Positions 37,865 to 46,312 of a DNA stretch of 64,000 nt are shown here, piece after piece (within the stretch, counting starts at the first letter, position 1; the number at the start of each line of letters is the position of its first letter). The notes under the pieces are model-generated. The model did no database searches. It had not been told where the DNA came from and was given only the letters and a program-made list of their open reading frames with translations. This DNA comes from a virus, in the IMG/VR virus record IMGVR_UViG_3300020421_002402, positions 46,194 to 110,193 of that record; one strand, 5' to 3'. The translations under genes were made by a program, and so were the position numbers.

Positions 37865-38146
37865 ATGAATAAACTTTATTCACTTCTTGCAATCCTTGGT
37901 TTAGTTTTCTTACCTTCATGTGCCTCAGTTGGAGCAGTTATAGAAGGTGGTAAAGATTTCACAACAGGTGTAATTGATGGATCTGTTAATGCGGTTGGAG
38001 GTATTACCCAAGCCGCTTTACAAGATGTATCTAGCATTACGGCAACGGCGGCAGAGGCGGCTGGTGGTGTAGTTGAAACTGTTCGTAGTGAAATTGATGA
38101 ACAAACCGATGAATTACAAGATACCACTCCGGAAAAAAAGGACTAA
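37865..38146 (+). CDS. Lipoprotein, short (zero-frame) form
   Basis: AGGAG SD, signal II with lipobox LPSC, amphipathic Ala/Gly/Thr helices. Confidence 0.8.
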   Translation: MNKLYSLLAILGLVFLPSCASVGAVIEGGKDFTTGVIDGSVNAVGGITQAALQDVSSITATAAEAAGGVVETVRSEIDEQTDELQDTTPEKKD

Positions 38147-38238
38147 GCCATTCACAACAGAATGGCATAGATGGTGATATAAAACTTTTGATTAAAGAAT
38201 TAAAAAGATATTGTAAAGCCAATCCTAAGGAGTGCTAA
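38134..38238 (+). other. Programmed -1 frameshift signal and 32-aa extension
   Basis: In-phase A_AAA_AAG, 6-nt spacer, GCCATTC/GAATGGC hairpin. The -1 frame is open to TAA 38236-38238. Confidence 0.7.
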
Positions 38239-38262
38239 TTATTAACATAATTACATAACTAC

Positions 38263-38294
38263 AAAAAAGGGGGTCTAGTAAGGCCCCTTTTTTT
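38263..38294 (+). terminator. Intrinsic (bidirectional-type) terminator
   Basis: A6-GGGGGTCT/AGGCCCC-T7. Confidence 0.8.
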
Positions 38295-38355
38295 ATGGAC
38301 ATCTAGATAAATACTGCTATAATAGATTGTCTATTATGATTATGTAGGAGTAATT

Positions 38356-39147
38356 ATGGGATGGTTAGCAGACTGTTCTGAGTCCGAACGTGCGGCAGTT
38401 TTAGCCAAGTTGGCGGGCAGAGCATATCTCAGTGAGCAAGAGTTAAAAGACGCTCAAAATCAAATAAAAATGAAACGTAAGAAAGCAGTTCTTGTTAAGT
38501 CTGGCGATGCTGAAGCATGGGTATTCTTTACAAGAGATGATGGTATTATTATTTCATGCAGAGGCACTGAACCTACTAAGTTTAGTGATATACTAGCAGA
38601 CCTTAAAACATATCCAGTAAGACATCCACGTAATGGTAGAGTACACAGAGGGTTTTATGATTACACTATGTTAGTGTTTCCTGAAATCTTAAAAACAGTA
38701 CAAGCAAACAGAAAGAAAGATGAAAACGTTTTTGTCGTTGGTCACAGTTTAGGTGGAGCAATGGCAGTTTTAGTAGCAGAGGCATTAACACACGAAGGTA
38801 TTCCAGTGAAGGAACTTAGAACCTACGGGCAACCAAGAGTTGGAAATAGACAGTTCCGTCAGCACCTAGAAGGTTGCGATATCGGTGCATACGTTCGTTA
38901 TGTTAATAACAATGACATAGTTCCTAAAGTACCACCTAGTTGGTTAATGTTTGTACATGGTGGTAAACTGATGTATATAAACCATTTTGGAAATATAAGG
39001 ATATTAAGTTTTTGGCAAAGGTTCAAAGACCAATGGAGAGGTTTTATATCTGCATTTAAAAGTTTCCAATTCTTTGATTTCGTATCGGATCATGGCATGC
39101 CTAAGTACATAAAGTACACTAGCAAGTTAGAACAAAACGATAAATAG
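38356..39147 (+). CDS. Class 3 lipase
   Basis: CRGT, VHRGF, GHSLGGA, TYGQPRVG, NDIVP, DH. Confidence 0.92.
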   Translation: MGWLADCSESERAAVLAKLAGRAYLSEQELKDAQNQIKMKRKKAVLVKSGDAEAWVFFTRDDGIIISCRGTEPTKFSDILADLKTYPVRHPRNGRVHRGFYDYTMLVFPEILKTVQANRKKDENVFVVGHSLGGAMAVLVAEALTHEGIPVKELRTYGQPRVGNRQFRQHLEGCDIGAYVRYVNNNDIVPKVPPSWLMFVHGGKLMYINHFGNIRILSFWQRFKDQWRGFISAFKSFQFFDFVSDHGMPKYIKYTSKLEQNDK

Positions 39148-39168
39148 TATTTAACATAGGAGAACATT

Positions 39169-39333
39169 ATGTTAGATTATATAAAATCAAGAATTAAAGA
39201 AAGAACTAGTTGGGATGGTGGTGTTATCATTGCTGGCTCACTAGCAATTATATTGTTTGGTGGCATTGTTAAGATTGCGGCATGGGCCGGTTTAGCATAT
39301 GGCATCTGGACAATAGTTAAGAAAGAGGATTAA
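39169..39333 (+). CDS. 54-aa two-TM protein, possibly holin-like (not in ORF track)
   Basis: MLDYIKSRIKERTSWDGG...AYGIWTIVKKED, with TAAATA box and AGGAG SD. Confidence 0.65.
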   Translation: MLDYIKSRIKERTSWDGGVIIAGSLAIILFGGIVKIAAWAGLAYGIWTIVKKED

Positions 39334-39336
39334 TAA

Positions 39337-39771
39337 ATGTCAACTTTTGCACAAGAAAAAATGATGAGGGCTCATCTACTTTTAATACAAGAAGATGGTG
39401 ACTACGCAGATTACTTTTCTCAAGGAGAAAGTGGTATGTGGGCATTAACTAATGAAGCAGATAAAGATGCCGCACAGGCATTATTAGATGCCAAAGTTGC
39501 AAGTTTAGGTTCAAACACTATTTTAAAAGGACTAGGTCCTGAAAACAATGGTGGAGAAGGCCCAAGTGACTTTGATGATTATCAAGCAATACATTATGAT
39601 GATAGTGTAAGTGGTGCTGATTACAGAACATGGTTTTACAAAGAAGTAGACGGTTCTGCAAAATACTACAAAGCAGATAATGGTAATAGTGATTCAATAG
39701 TAGAAATAACTGAATCAAGTGAAATATCGACACTAATTACAGATAGTGGATTTGACCCAAGTCAACCATAA
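39337..39771 (+). CDS. Acidic hypothetical protein
   Basis: GAGG SD, 144-aa ORF. Confidence 0.65.
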   Translation: MSTFAQEKMMRAHLLLIQEDGDYADYFSQGESGMWALTNEADKDAAQALLDAKVASLGSNTILKGLGPENNGGEGPSDFDDYQAIHYDDSVSGADYRTWFYKEVDGSAKYYKADNGNSDSIVEITESSEISTLITDSGFDPSQP

Positions 39772-39776
39772 ACACA

Positions 39777-40211
39777 ATGAAGTTAGCAGAACTTTTAGAA
39801 GCAGTAAAGCGAACTCGACTTAACGCAAACGCCGGTGGCGGCGGAGGCGGCGGTGGTGCTGGCGGCGGTGGAGCCGGCGGTGGCGGTGCTGGAGCAGGTG
39901 GCTCAGGTGGAGCAGGCGCAGGAAGTTCTGGAGGAGGCAGTGGTGCTACTGGTTCCGCAGGTAACGGTTCAAGCACATCAGGTTCTAGTGGAGACAGCGG
40001 CGGTTCTGCAGACTCTGGTGCTAGTGATAGCAGTAGTGATTCGTCCGCTGATTCCACACCATCACAAAGTGGAACAGGTGTAGGGTTAGGATATTTTGTA
40101 CCATTCGGTAGCAGACCTTACAAAAAGAAAAAGAAAAAGAAGAAAAAGAAAACATCAAACACTGGTGCTCCTAAGGCGCCAAAAGGTGATCCATATAAAG
40201 ACCATCGATAG
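39777..40211 (+). CDS. Gly/Ser-rich protein with poly-Lys tract
   Basis: MKLAELLE, then poly-Gly, Ser/Asp and K10 blocks. Locally GC-rich. Confidence 0.65.
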   Translation: MKLAELLEAVKRTRLNANAGGGGGGGGAGGGGAGGGGAGAGGSGGAGAGSSGGGSGATGSAGNGSSTSGSSGDSGGSADSGASDSSSDSSADSTPSQSGTGVGLGYFVPFGSRPYKKKKKKKKKKTSNTGAPKAPKGDPYKDHR

Positions 40212-40223
40212 TAAATAATTACA

Positions 40224-40252
40224 TTGACATTTGCTTAAAAAGGCAATATAAT
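40224..40252 (+). promoter_or_regulatory. sigma70-type promoter, leaderless
   Basis: TTGACA-17-TATAAT-7nt-ATG (40260). Confidence 0.7.
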
Positions 40253-40259
40253 TATGACA

Positions 40260-40607
40260 ATGGAAATAGATTACTTAAACGAATTATCCCCAGAAGATTT
40301 TTACGAGACTGTTATGGACTTAGCAGACCGTGAACACGTTAGGGAAATACAAGAGGACGAACATAAAGTGTACGGTTGTACAAGTAATGTTTGGGTTGTA
40401 TTAGAAGATGATAATTTAATATTTGATAGCAGTAGTGCATTTGTAAAAGGATTGCTTACTGTTATTTGTTCACAGTTAAACACCATAGAAGATATCAGAA
40501 ATGTGACCTTAGAACAGTATCCATTTTTAAATACTAATATAATATCTTATCAACGATTAAAAGGTGTTACAAGTTTCCTAAACCGAGTAAAGCAATTAGC
40601 AAATTAA
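40260..40607 (+). CDS. sufE: SufE-family sulfur acceptor
   Basis: KVYGCTSNVW, DS.S..VKGL, QR..G. Confidence 0.85.
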   Translation: MEIDYLNELSPEDFYETVMDLADREHVREIQEDEHKVYGCTSNVWVVLEDDNLIFDSSSAFVKGLLTVICSQLNTIEDIRNVTLEQYPFLNTNIISYQRLKGVTSFLNRVKQLAN

Positions 40608-40634
40608 AATAAATATACTATATAAGAGGATAAT

Positions 40635-41255
40635 ATGAATTTTGTACCATATGTAATAGAAAAGACGTCAGCAGGAGAACGTAGTTATGATATCTACAGT
40701 AGACTGCTCAAAGAAAGAATTGTATTCTTAAATGGAGAAGTAACGGACCCAGTATCAAATAGTATCTGTGCCCAATTACTTTTCTTAGAAGCAGAGGATC
40801 CAAATGCTGATATCAGTTTTTACATTAACTCACCAGGAGGTGCAGTCACTAGTGGAATGGCTATGTATGATACCATGCAGTACATACAACCAGACATTTC
40901 TACTATCGTAATGGGACAGGCGGCATCAATGGGAAGTCTACTTGCTCAAGCAGGTACCAAAGGTAAAAGATTCTTATTGCCTAAAAGCAGGACTATGATA
41001 CATCAACCGTTAGGTGGTGCAAATGGTCAGGCTAGTGATGTGATAATTCGAGCCAGAGAGTTGGAAAGAATTAAAACAGAATTGACAGAAATATACGTCA
41101 AGCACAACAGTAAAGGCAAAACTTTTGAAGAGTTTGAACTTGCTATGGATAGAGATAACTTTATGACTAGCGAAGAAGCACTGGAGTTCGGTCTTGCTGA
41201 CGAAATCATTGAGAAGAGGAGTGACGAAGGTGCAAGTAAAGAAGGTACAACTTAA
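40635..41255 (+). CDS. clpP: Clp protease proteolytic subunit
   Basis: [23 protein letters not shown] (Ser), MIHQP (His), RDNFM (Asp). Confidence 0.97.
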   Translation: MNFVPYVIEKTSAGERSYDIYSRLLKERIVFLNGEVTDPVSNSICAQLLFLEAEDPNADISFYINSPGGAVTSGMAMYDTMQYIQPDISTIVMGQAASMGSLLAQAGTKGKRFLLPKSRTMIHQPLGGANGQASDVIIRARELERIKTELTEIYVKHNSKGKTFEEFELAMDRDNFMTSEEALEFGLADEIIEKRSDEGASKEGTT

Positions 41256-41484
41256 AAAGGATTTTAAGGAAGTTCAACAAGATGCGACTGAACTAAACGG
41301 CGACGGCAATAGAGACCGTGGACGTTATGGTGAGGATTTATCCAATTCCAAAAAGAAAGTTGACGAACATGGTTACGATGAAGATGGAGTATTACATGAC
41401 AATTGTGGTACTGATGATTGTTGTAACAGTTGCGAAACATCTGATGAGGATTTAGGATTTGACCCAAACGATACTGGGTGCTAA
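41230..41484 (+). CDS. Small acidic Cys-cluster protein
   Basis: [13 protein letters not shown]. Start codon uncertain. Confidence 0.6.
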   Translation: MQVKKVQLKKDFKEVQQDATELNGDGNRDRGRYGEDLSNSKKKVDEHGYDEDGVLHDNCGTDDCCNSCETSDEDLGFDPNDTGC

Positions 41485-42351
41485 ATGTCTGAACTAAACT
41501 TTGTAAAGTATAACATTAACGGTAAAACAGATATAACTGAAGACCTTGTTATACGTCTTAGAAATCTAGGTTTCAATATTATAAGTGAGTCTAAAGATTA
41601 TAAGTCTACTATGTGGGCATGTAATCAATGTATATTGCTTGTAGATAGAAATGATAATATGCCAACTGGTATAAACGGTTTTGGATTTAATTCATCAAAC
41701 GCACCAGATGGTAGTATGCATTGTAATACTACAGGCATGAACAAGTTCACTAATAAAAATGGACATGAAATATTTACATATCCTATAGAAAAATTCAAAG
41801 ACAATTATGATGAACACTTTACAACAGTAGACCCTGCAGGTGTTGATGTGCCTATAGAATATTTTGCAGGTGTTGTTTATAATACAACAAACCCACAATA
41901 TATAAACGAGTTCAATGATTCACTTAACTTTAGAACAGTTAAGAAAACAGATGATTATACAACGTCCGTATGTCCGCAGAATAGATTTTCTGTAATGTGG
42001 AATACAAATGCTGATGCAAATAAAATTGATACATTAATAATAAAAACAGATGACATTGTAGATGTTGTTTCAAAATATGTAGCAAAAGGATATGAAACTG
42101 CAGATATAACAGATGACCGTTTAATAGAAATAGAAAAGAAATACAAATCAAATGAACATGAATTACCACCAAGACATTTAGTAAATGGTTGGGAACTTAA
42201 TATTGGCGGCAAGCCTAAGAGTTATGTACTAGAAAAATCATTCCCACAACTGCTACCAAATGTAAATGTTATAGTAAGTCAACGTCACAATCACAATGGG
42301 TTGAATGAAGAATCGATTAAATACTACAACGACGATACAGTAACAGTATGA
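41485..42351 (+). CDS. Degenerate VOC/HPPD-like protein
   Basis: Two LGF/LNF modules. The C-terminal SQRHNHNGLNE resembles the HPPD IQR.G..GFG region. Confidence 0.4.
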   Translation: MSELNFVKYNINGKTDITEDLVIRLRNLGFNIISESKDYKSTMWACNQCILLVDRNDNMPTGINGFGFNSSNAPDGSMHCNTTGMNKFTNKNGHEIFTYPIEKFKDNYDEHFTTVDPAGVDVPIEYFAGVVYNTTNPQYINEFNDSLNFRTVKKTDDYTTSVCPQNRFSVMWNTNADANKIDTLIIKTDDIVDVVSKYVAKGYETADITDDRLIEIEKKYKSNEHELPPRHLVNGWELNIGGKPKSYVLEKSFPQLLPNVNVIVSQRHNHNGLNEESIKYYNDDTVTV

Positions 42352-42668
42352 TAAAGAAAATTAAAGACATATTTCCAGAAGATGAATGTTTAAAAGCATT
42401 TGGGAAAAAAGAACCTACAGTAAAAGAAAGAAGTGTTTTCTTTGGTAATCTCTGGGAAGAATGGAAAGACACCGAAATCAAATTAAAACCTATGGTACCA
42501 GATGCACCTTATAGGTATCAAGGTGTTCCAAAAATAGAACCAGTAGAAGAAATTAAAAAGTTCTTATATAAGAATGGACAAAGAGAGTTTTGGGATTATC
42601 AAGTACACGGATTAACATTGAGAATGAAGGATAAGGACCTTGCAATAATAGTTAGGCTAAAAGCATGA
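42348..42668 (+). CDS. Hypothetical protein
   Basis: ATGA-coupled ORF. Confidence 0.6.
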   Translation: MIKKIKDIFPEDECLKAFGKKEPTVKERSVFFGNLWEEWKDTEIKLKPMVPDAPYRYQGVPKIEPVEEIKKFLYKNGQREFWDYQVHGLTLRMKDKDLAIIVRLKA

Positions 42669-43000
42669 GTAATCCGTTTATAGACTTTGATAGTATGACA
42701 GCAGAGCAACTGTTAGAAAAGAATAAAGAATACACAATGCAAATGCAAAAGATAAATGGTAATAGTCCTTTGTATCAACAAGTATTAGATTTACAAACAC
42801 AATGTCAAATGGCATACAATGAAAAAATGTTTATGTCATTGCAAAAAGAAAAACTTAAAGAACCAGAAAAAATAATCGAGATTGGTGAAATAAAATCAGA
42901 TGAGTATTCACCTGACTATGATGATGTTGGTGATAAGTTAGCAAAAACAGTTGCGAACCTTTACAGGAGAAAAGATGGAAATGATGGGACCGGTAGTTAA
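42665..43000 (+). CDS. Hypothetical protein
   Basis: ATGA-coupled ORF. Confidence 0.65.
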   Translation: MSNPFIDFDSMTAEQLLEKNKEYTMQMQKINGNSPLYQQVLDLQTQCQMAYNEKMFMSLQKEKLKEPEKIIEIGEIKSDEYSPDYDDVGDKLAKTVANLYRRKDGNDGTGS

Positions 43001-43751
43001 ATTAACATGCCATAAAGAAGTTAGTGTTGTTACAATCTTTGGTAGCAAAAAAGAAATAGTTGCAGTACAACCTAATAGGTTTAAGATGAGTTGGGGAATG
43101 TTTGCATCTTTACACCCAGACTCAGATGCTGATAAGTTAGCAATAGACCAAAACATATCATATCAAAAGATACATCATTTTTTAAGTTACTATGTAGACA
43201 ATGCATTATGGTATGCTCCAGAAAGTATGGAGTGTATGGATAATCATTTTAGTGCAACAGACAATGCATTAATTATTACACCTAGTACAAACATATCAAT
43301 ACTATCAAATTGTTTGTTTGCAAAATTTAATAGCATAAGCAAACCAGATATACATGTATGTGATTTAAATATATTTGATTATGCTACAAACATGTCATAT
43401 GATTATAGTGATGAGGAGTATATTATACCTTCAGTATTACCACAACAAAAAGAATTCATGGGAGAACTAAGTGTGTACGAACAACCTTGGTGGGAACGTG
43501 ATGATGTTAGCACATATGATAATAAAGCACTGAACACAGAAGAACTTACAAATATTAGAAAGAAGTTATTAGAAAGCGAAGACATATTAGAAAGAGACTT
43601 TAGAGAAATAGAAGATGCAGTTACAATGCATTTAACTGATGCAGACATATCAAGTATGACTGAAGAAGAAATGCAAAAAACAGCAGAACTTATAAAGTTA
43701 GATGATATTAGAAAGAAAAAGAAAAAAGCATGGAAACCAAAGTTAGTATAA
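42975..43751 (+). CDS. Hypothetical jumbo-phage protein
   Basis: AGGAG SD before MEMMG. PWW.RDD.ST motif. Confidence 0.65.
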   Translation: MEMMGPVVKLTCHKEVSVVTIFGSKKEIVAVQPNRFKMSWGMFASLHPDSDADKLAIDQNISYQKIHHFLSYYVDNALWYAPESMECMDNHFSATDNALIITPSTNISILSNCLFAKFNSISKPDIHVCDLNIFDYATNMSYDYSDEEYIIPSVLPQQKEFMGELSVYEQPWWERDDVSTYDNKALNTEELTNIRKKLLESEDILERDFREIEDAVTMHLTDADISSMTEEEMQKTAELIKLDDIRKKKKKAWKPKLV

Positions 43752-43756
43752 AACGG

Positions 43757-43785
43757 TTGACAAATACATATAAATCCCTTATAAT
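43757..43785 (+). promoter_or_regulatory. sigma70-type promoter, leaderless
   Basis: TTGACA-17-TATAAT-6nt-ATG. Confidence 0.75.
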
Positions 43786-43791
43786 GCAAAG

Positions 43792-44277
43792 ATGTTAGAT
43801 AAACTTAATAGATATCAAAGTGATGAAAACACAGGCTTAGAAATGCTCTACAAGGGTAAGAGCCTACATTCTACTGAGTTTACTACAACAGAAGACATAG
43901 ACAAGTTTAATAACTTTTGTAATGAATTTGATATAAATGTGCTAAAAAAATTAGGTGATAGTGACTTCGACCGTATAAATACATATAACATTCCAGAACA
44001 CTATCAAACAATAGATGTAAAGGAATATGTTAGAAAGTTAGTAACGCAAGGTGAAAACCTAGCAAGAGTAGAAATGGAACTAACGGAATTCGAAGCCAGG
44101 AATTTGTTTCCTGTACTTAGGATACTAATATATATTATAGAGACCATGCGTAAGCATGAACTTGTTTGGGGTGTTGGAAGAGGTAGTAGTGTAGCCAGTT
44201 ATGTATTATACTTACTTGGTGTACACAAAGTAAATAGTCTAAAGTATAATTTAGACATAAAAGAATTCTTAAAGTAG
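43792..44277 (+). CDS. Stand-alone fragment of DNA polymerase III alpha (DnaE)
   Basis: RVEMEL, WGVGRGSSVASYVLYLLGVHKVNSLKYNL...FL. Confidence 0.85.
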   Translation: MLDKLNRYQSDENTGLEMLYKGKSLHSTEFTTTEDIDKFNNFCNEFDINVLKKLGDSDFDRINTYNIPEHYQTIDVKEYVRKLVTQGENLARVEMELTEFEARNLFPVLRILIYIIETMRKHELVWGVGRGSSVASYVLYLLGVHKVNSLKYNLDIKEFLK

Positions 44278-44285
44278 AGGATAAG

Positions 44286-44735
44286 ATGGTACAAAGAAGA
44301 ACAAACAAAGGCGTTGTAATTGATATGGAAGCCTTACTTGCTCAAAATCAAGATGCACCAGCAATGGGTAACATGAGAGTAAATGCCAAAGGCGATGTTA
44401 TCGGTAAGAATGGAGAAATAATCCAAACTGCTGAAGACAGAGCAAGAGCATACTATACAGAAAACCCTAAGTCAAGTACTGCTAAATCTACTCTTAAAGG
44501 CGCACAGCCTGACCAACCGGCACAAACAGAATCGGACATGGAGCCTGAAGTTAAGACTGCAGAAGCAGAAAAGACTGAAGCAAATCAAAGTGTAATTGAC
44601 CAAGTAGATCCAGCAAGTGTTCCAGAGAAAAGAGAACCTGTAGGATATAAAGAAGTTGAACAGCCTAACGGCGACATTGAAATGGTTCCAATATATGATG
44701 ATGAGGACGATTGGGAAGACGATGCCAACTCTTAA
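44286..44735 (+). CDS. Hypothetical protein with acidic tail
   Basis: RTNKG..IDM..L, A.GNMRVNAKGD.IG..G motif. Confidence 0.7.
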   Translation: MVQRRTNKGVVIDMEALLAQNQDAPAMGNMRVNAKGDVIGKNGEIIQTAEDRARAYYTENPKSSTAKSTLKGAQPDQPAQTESDMEPEVKTAEAEKTEANQSVIDQVDPASVPEKREPVGYKEVEQPNGDIEMVPIYDDEDDWEDDANS

Positions 44736-45081
44736 AGCATACAAAGACAACATACTTTGCATAGAAGGTGATTTTGGAGACAAGACCACTGAAGCAGGTA
44801 TCATTATTAAATCAACAATTGGTAAAGACGAAGGAATAACTCCACGTTGGTTCAAAGCATTTGAAGTTGGACCAGACATTGATTGGGTAAAACCAGGTCA
44901 GTGGCTATATGTATCATATGGTAGATGGACTGAAGGCTTTACTGTTAGAGATGATAGACTAGAAGAAGGTGCAAAACTTTGGAAAGTAGACCCAGAAGGT
45001 TGTCTGCTTATTTCAGATGAAGTACCAGAAGGACAAGTTAATGTTGGCGGTCTAACATCTATTAAACCAGACGCAGTATGA
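44722..45081 (+). CDS. GroES-like co-chaperonin
   Basis: L.AY.DNIL, KTTEAGIII, VGP....VKPG..L. Confidence 0.7.
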   Translation: MPTLKAYKDNILCIEGDFGDKTTEAGIIIKSTIGKDEGITPRWFKAFEVGPDIDWVKPGQWLYVSYGRWTEGFTVRDDRLEEGAKLWKVDPEGCLLISDEVPEGQVNVGGLTSIKPDAV

Positions 45082-45248
45082 AATTTCCAAGCACAGAAAA
45101 TAGAACAGGATTATCCACAATAGGACTTGCAGGCTGTATTGTATTAGCAGGCGTAGTATTCAATGCAATTAATCCATGGTGGATTATTGCTGGTATCTTT
45201 TTAATTCTTATGGGAACTGGATTAGAAAGCGGTAAGTCTAACGATTAG
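45078..45248 (+). CDS. 56-aa two-TM protein (not in ORF track)
   Basis: MKFPSTENRTGLSTIGLAGCIVLAG...PWWIIAGIFLILMG, ATGA-coupled. Confidence 0.6.
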   Translation: MKFPSTENRTGLSTIGLAGCIVLAGVVFNAINPWWIIAGIFLILMGTGLESGKSND

Positions 45249-46312
45249 GCGTAACTAATTGTAATAACAGCAGTACCTGTCGTACTACTATCAGCATTAA
45301 AATAAGCCAATATATCAGTATCAGCGGCATTAGTATATGTGAAGTTAGGTTGTACTTCGTATATTGCAATATCTTTTAAATCTATATAATCGTTTGACAA
45401 CAACCTATCATTATCACCTGCATCACCAACTGTAAGTGTTGGAGCACTACCATCAAATGCAGTAGTAACATCAACAGTAACAGATTGTACTTTTTTGTTT
45501 TGACTTATATTACCAATTACAACACTAGCACCAGTTGTATGTACAATAGTTGTTGTAAGTGTACCAGCATCAGTAACGGCACTATCGGCTGTACCAATTA
45601 ATGTAAGATGACTTGTTTGACTTGGGTCTGCTTGATTGGAAACATATAATCTATATTCACCATCACCACCATCGTCAACTTTAACAAAGTCACCTGCTTC
45701 AACAGTAGTTGCGGCAAATAAGGCAGTTAGGTTTGCAAAAGTGTGATACACCATATTACTACCAGTTGATGTAACACCTGTATTACCAACATAAACTGCA
45801 CCAGCAACAAATATAACATTACTTGTGCCTGTGCCTATTGCACTTGGTAAGTTACTTCCTATGAAGTTTAGTATGCCTGATTGATAATCAAAGTACCATT
45901 CGTCATTACTACCTGAACCTGTTTCAAACAGTTGTGTACCATTTGTTTGTGGATTGTTTGTACCACTAGCCGCGGCATATACTTTTAATTGATATGTTGA
46001 ACCAAATGTTGGTGGTATCCAATTAGTTGTACTTGTTTTCCAAGTTCTATTATCACTTGCTGATCCATCTTCAGTTGTTTCTAAAGCACCACTTACACTA
46101 TCAAGATACACATTAGCAATACTGCTATTAGCACTTGGTATGGTTGCTGGAATACTTGCTGACTGATTCCAAATGTCTGAGTCTTTAATAATAAAGTTAC
46201 TTGCATTTGGTTCGTTAGGTGCTTTTTTATTTGCATTGGTATCTGTCTTAGTTTTACCAAAACCAATCTTCTTCCAAAGTAAATCAATTTTTTGACTATC
46301 TGATATTGCCAT
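45245..46312 (-). CDS. Putative virion structural protein
   Basis: Thr/Ser/Gly-rich. WYFDYQSGILNF and V.VDVTTAFDG..PTLTVGD. Confidence 0.65.
   Translation of the reverse strand: MAISDSQKIDLLWKKIGFGKTKTDTNANKKAPNEPNASNFIIKDSDIWNQSASIPATIPSANSSIANVYLDSVSGALETTEDGSASDNRTWKTSTTNWIPPTFGSTYQLKVYAAASGTNNPQTNGTQLFETGSGSNDEWYFDYQSGILNFIGSNLPSAIGTGTSNVIFVAGAVYVGNTGVTSTGSNMVYHTFANLTALFAATTVEAGDFVKVDDGGDGEYRLYVSNQADPSQTSHLTLIGTADSAVTDAGTLTTTIVHTTGASVVIGNISQNKKVQSVTVDVTTAFDGSAPTLTVGDAGDNDRLLSNDYIDLKDIAIYEVQPNFTYTNAADTDILAYFNADSSTTGTAVITISYA

Noticed and set aside
39737-40083. Pro-rich antisense ORF and Ala/Val-rich alternate-frame ORF
   Set aside because: Both are shadows of the GC-rich poly-Gly codons. 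Most short minus-strand ORFs in the track are likewise shadows of + strand genes.
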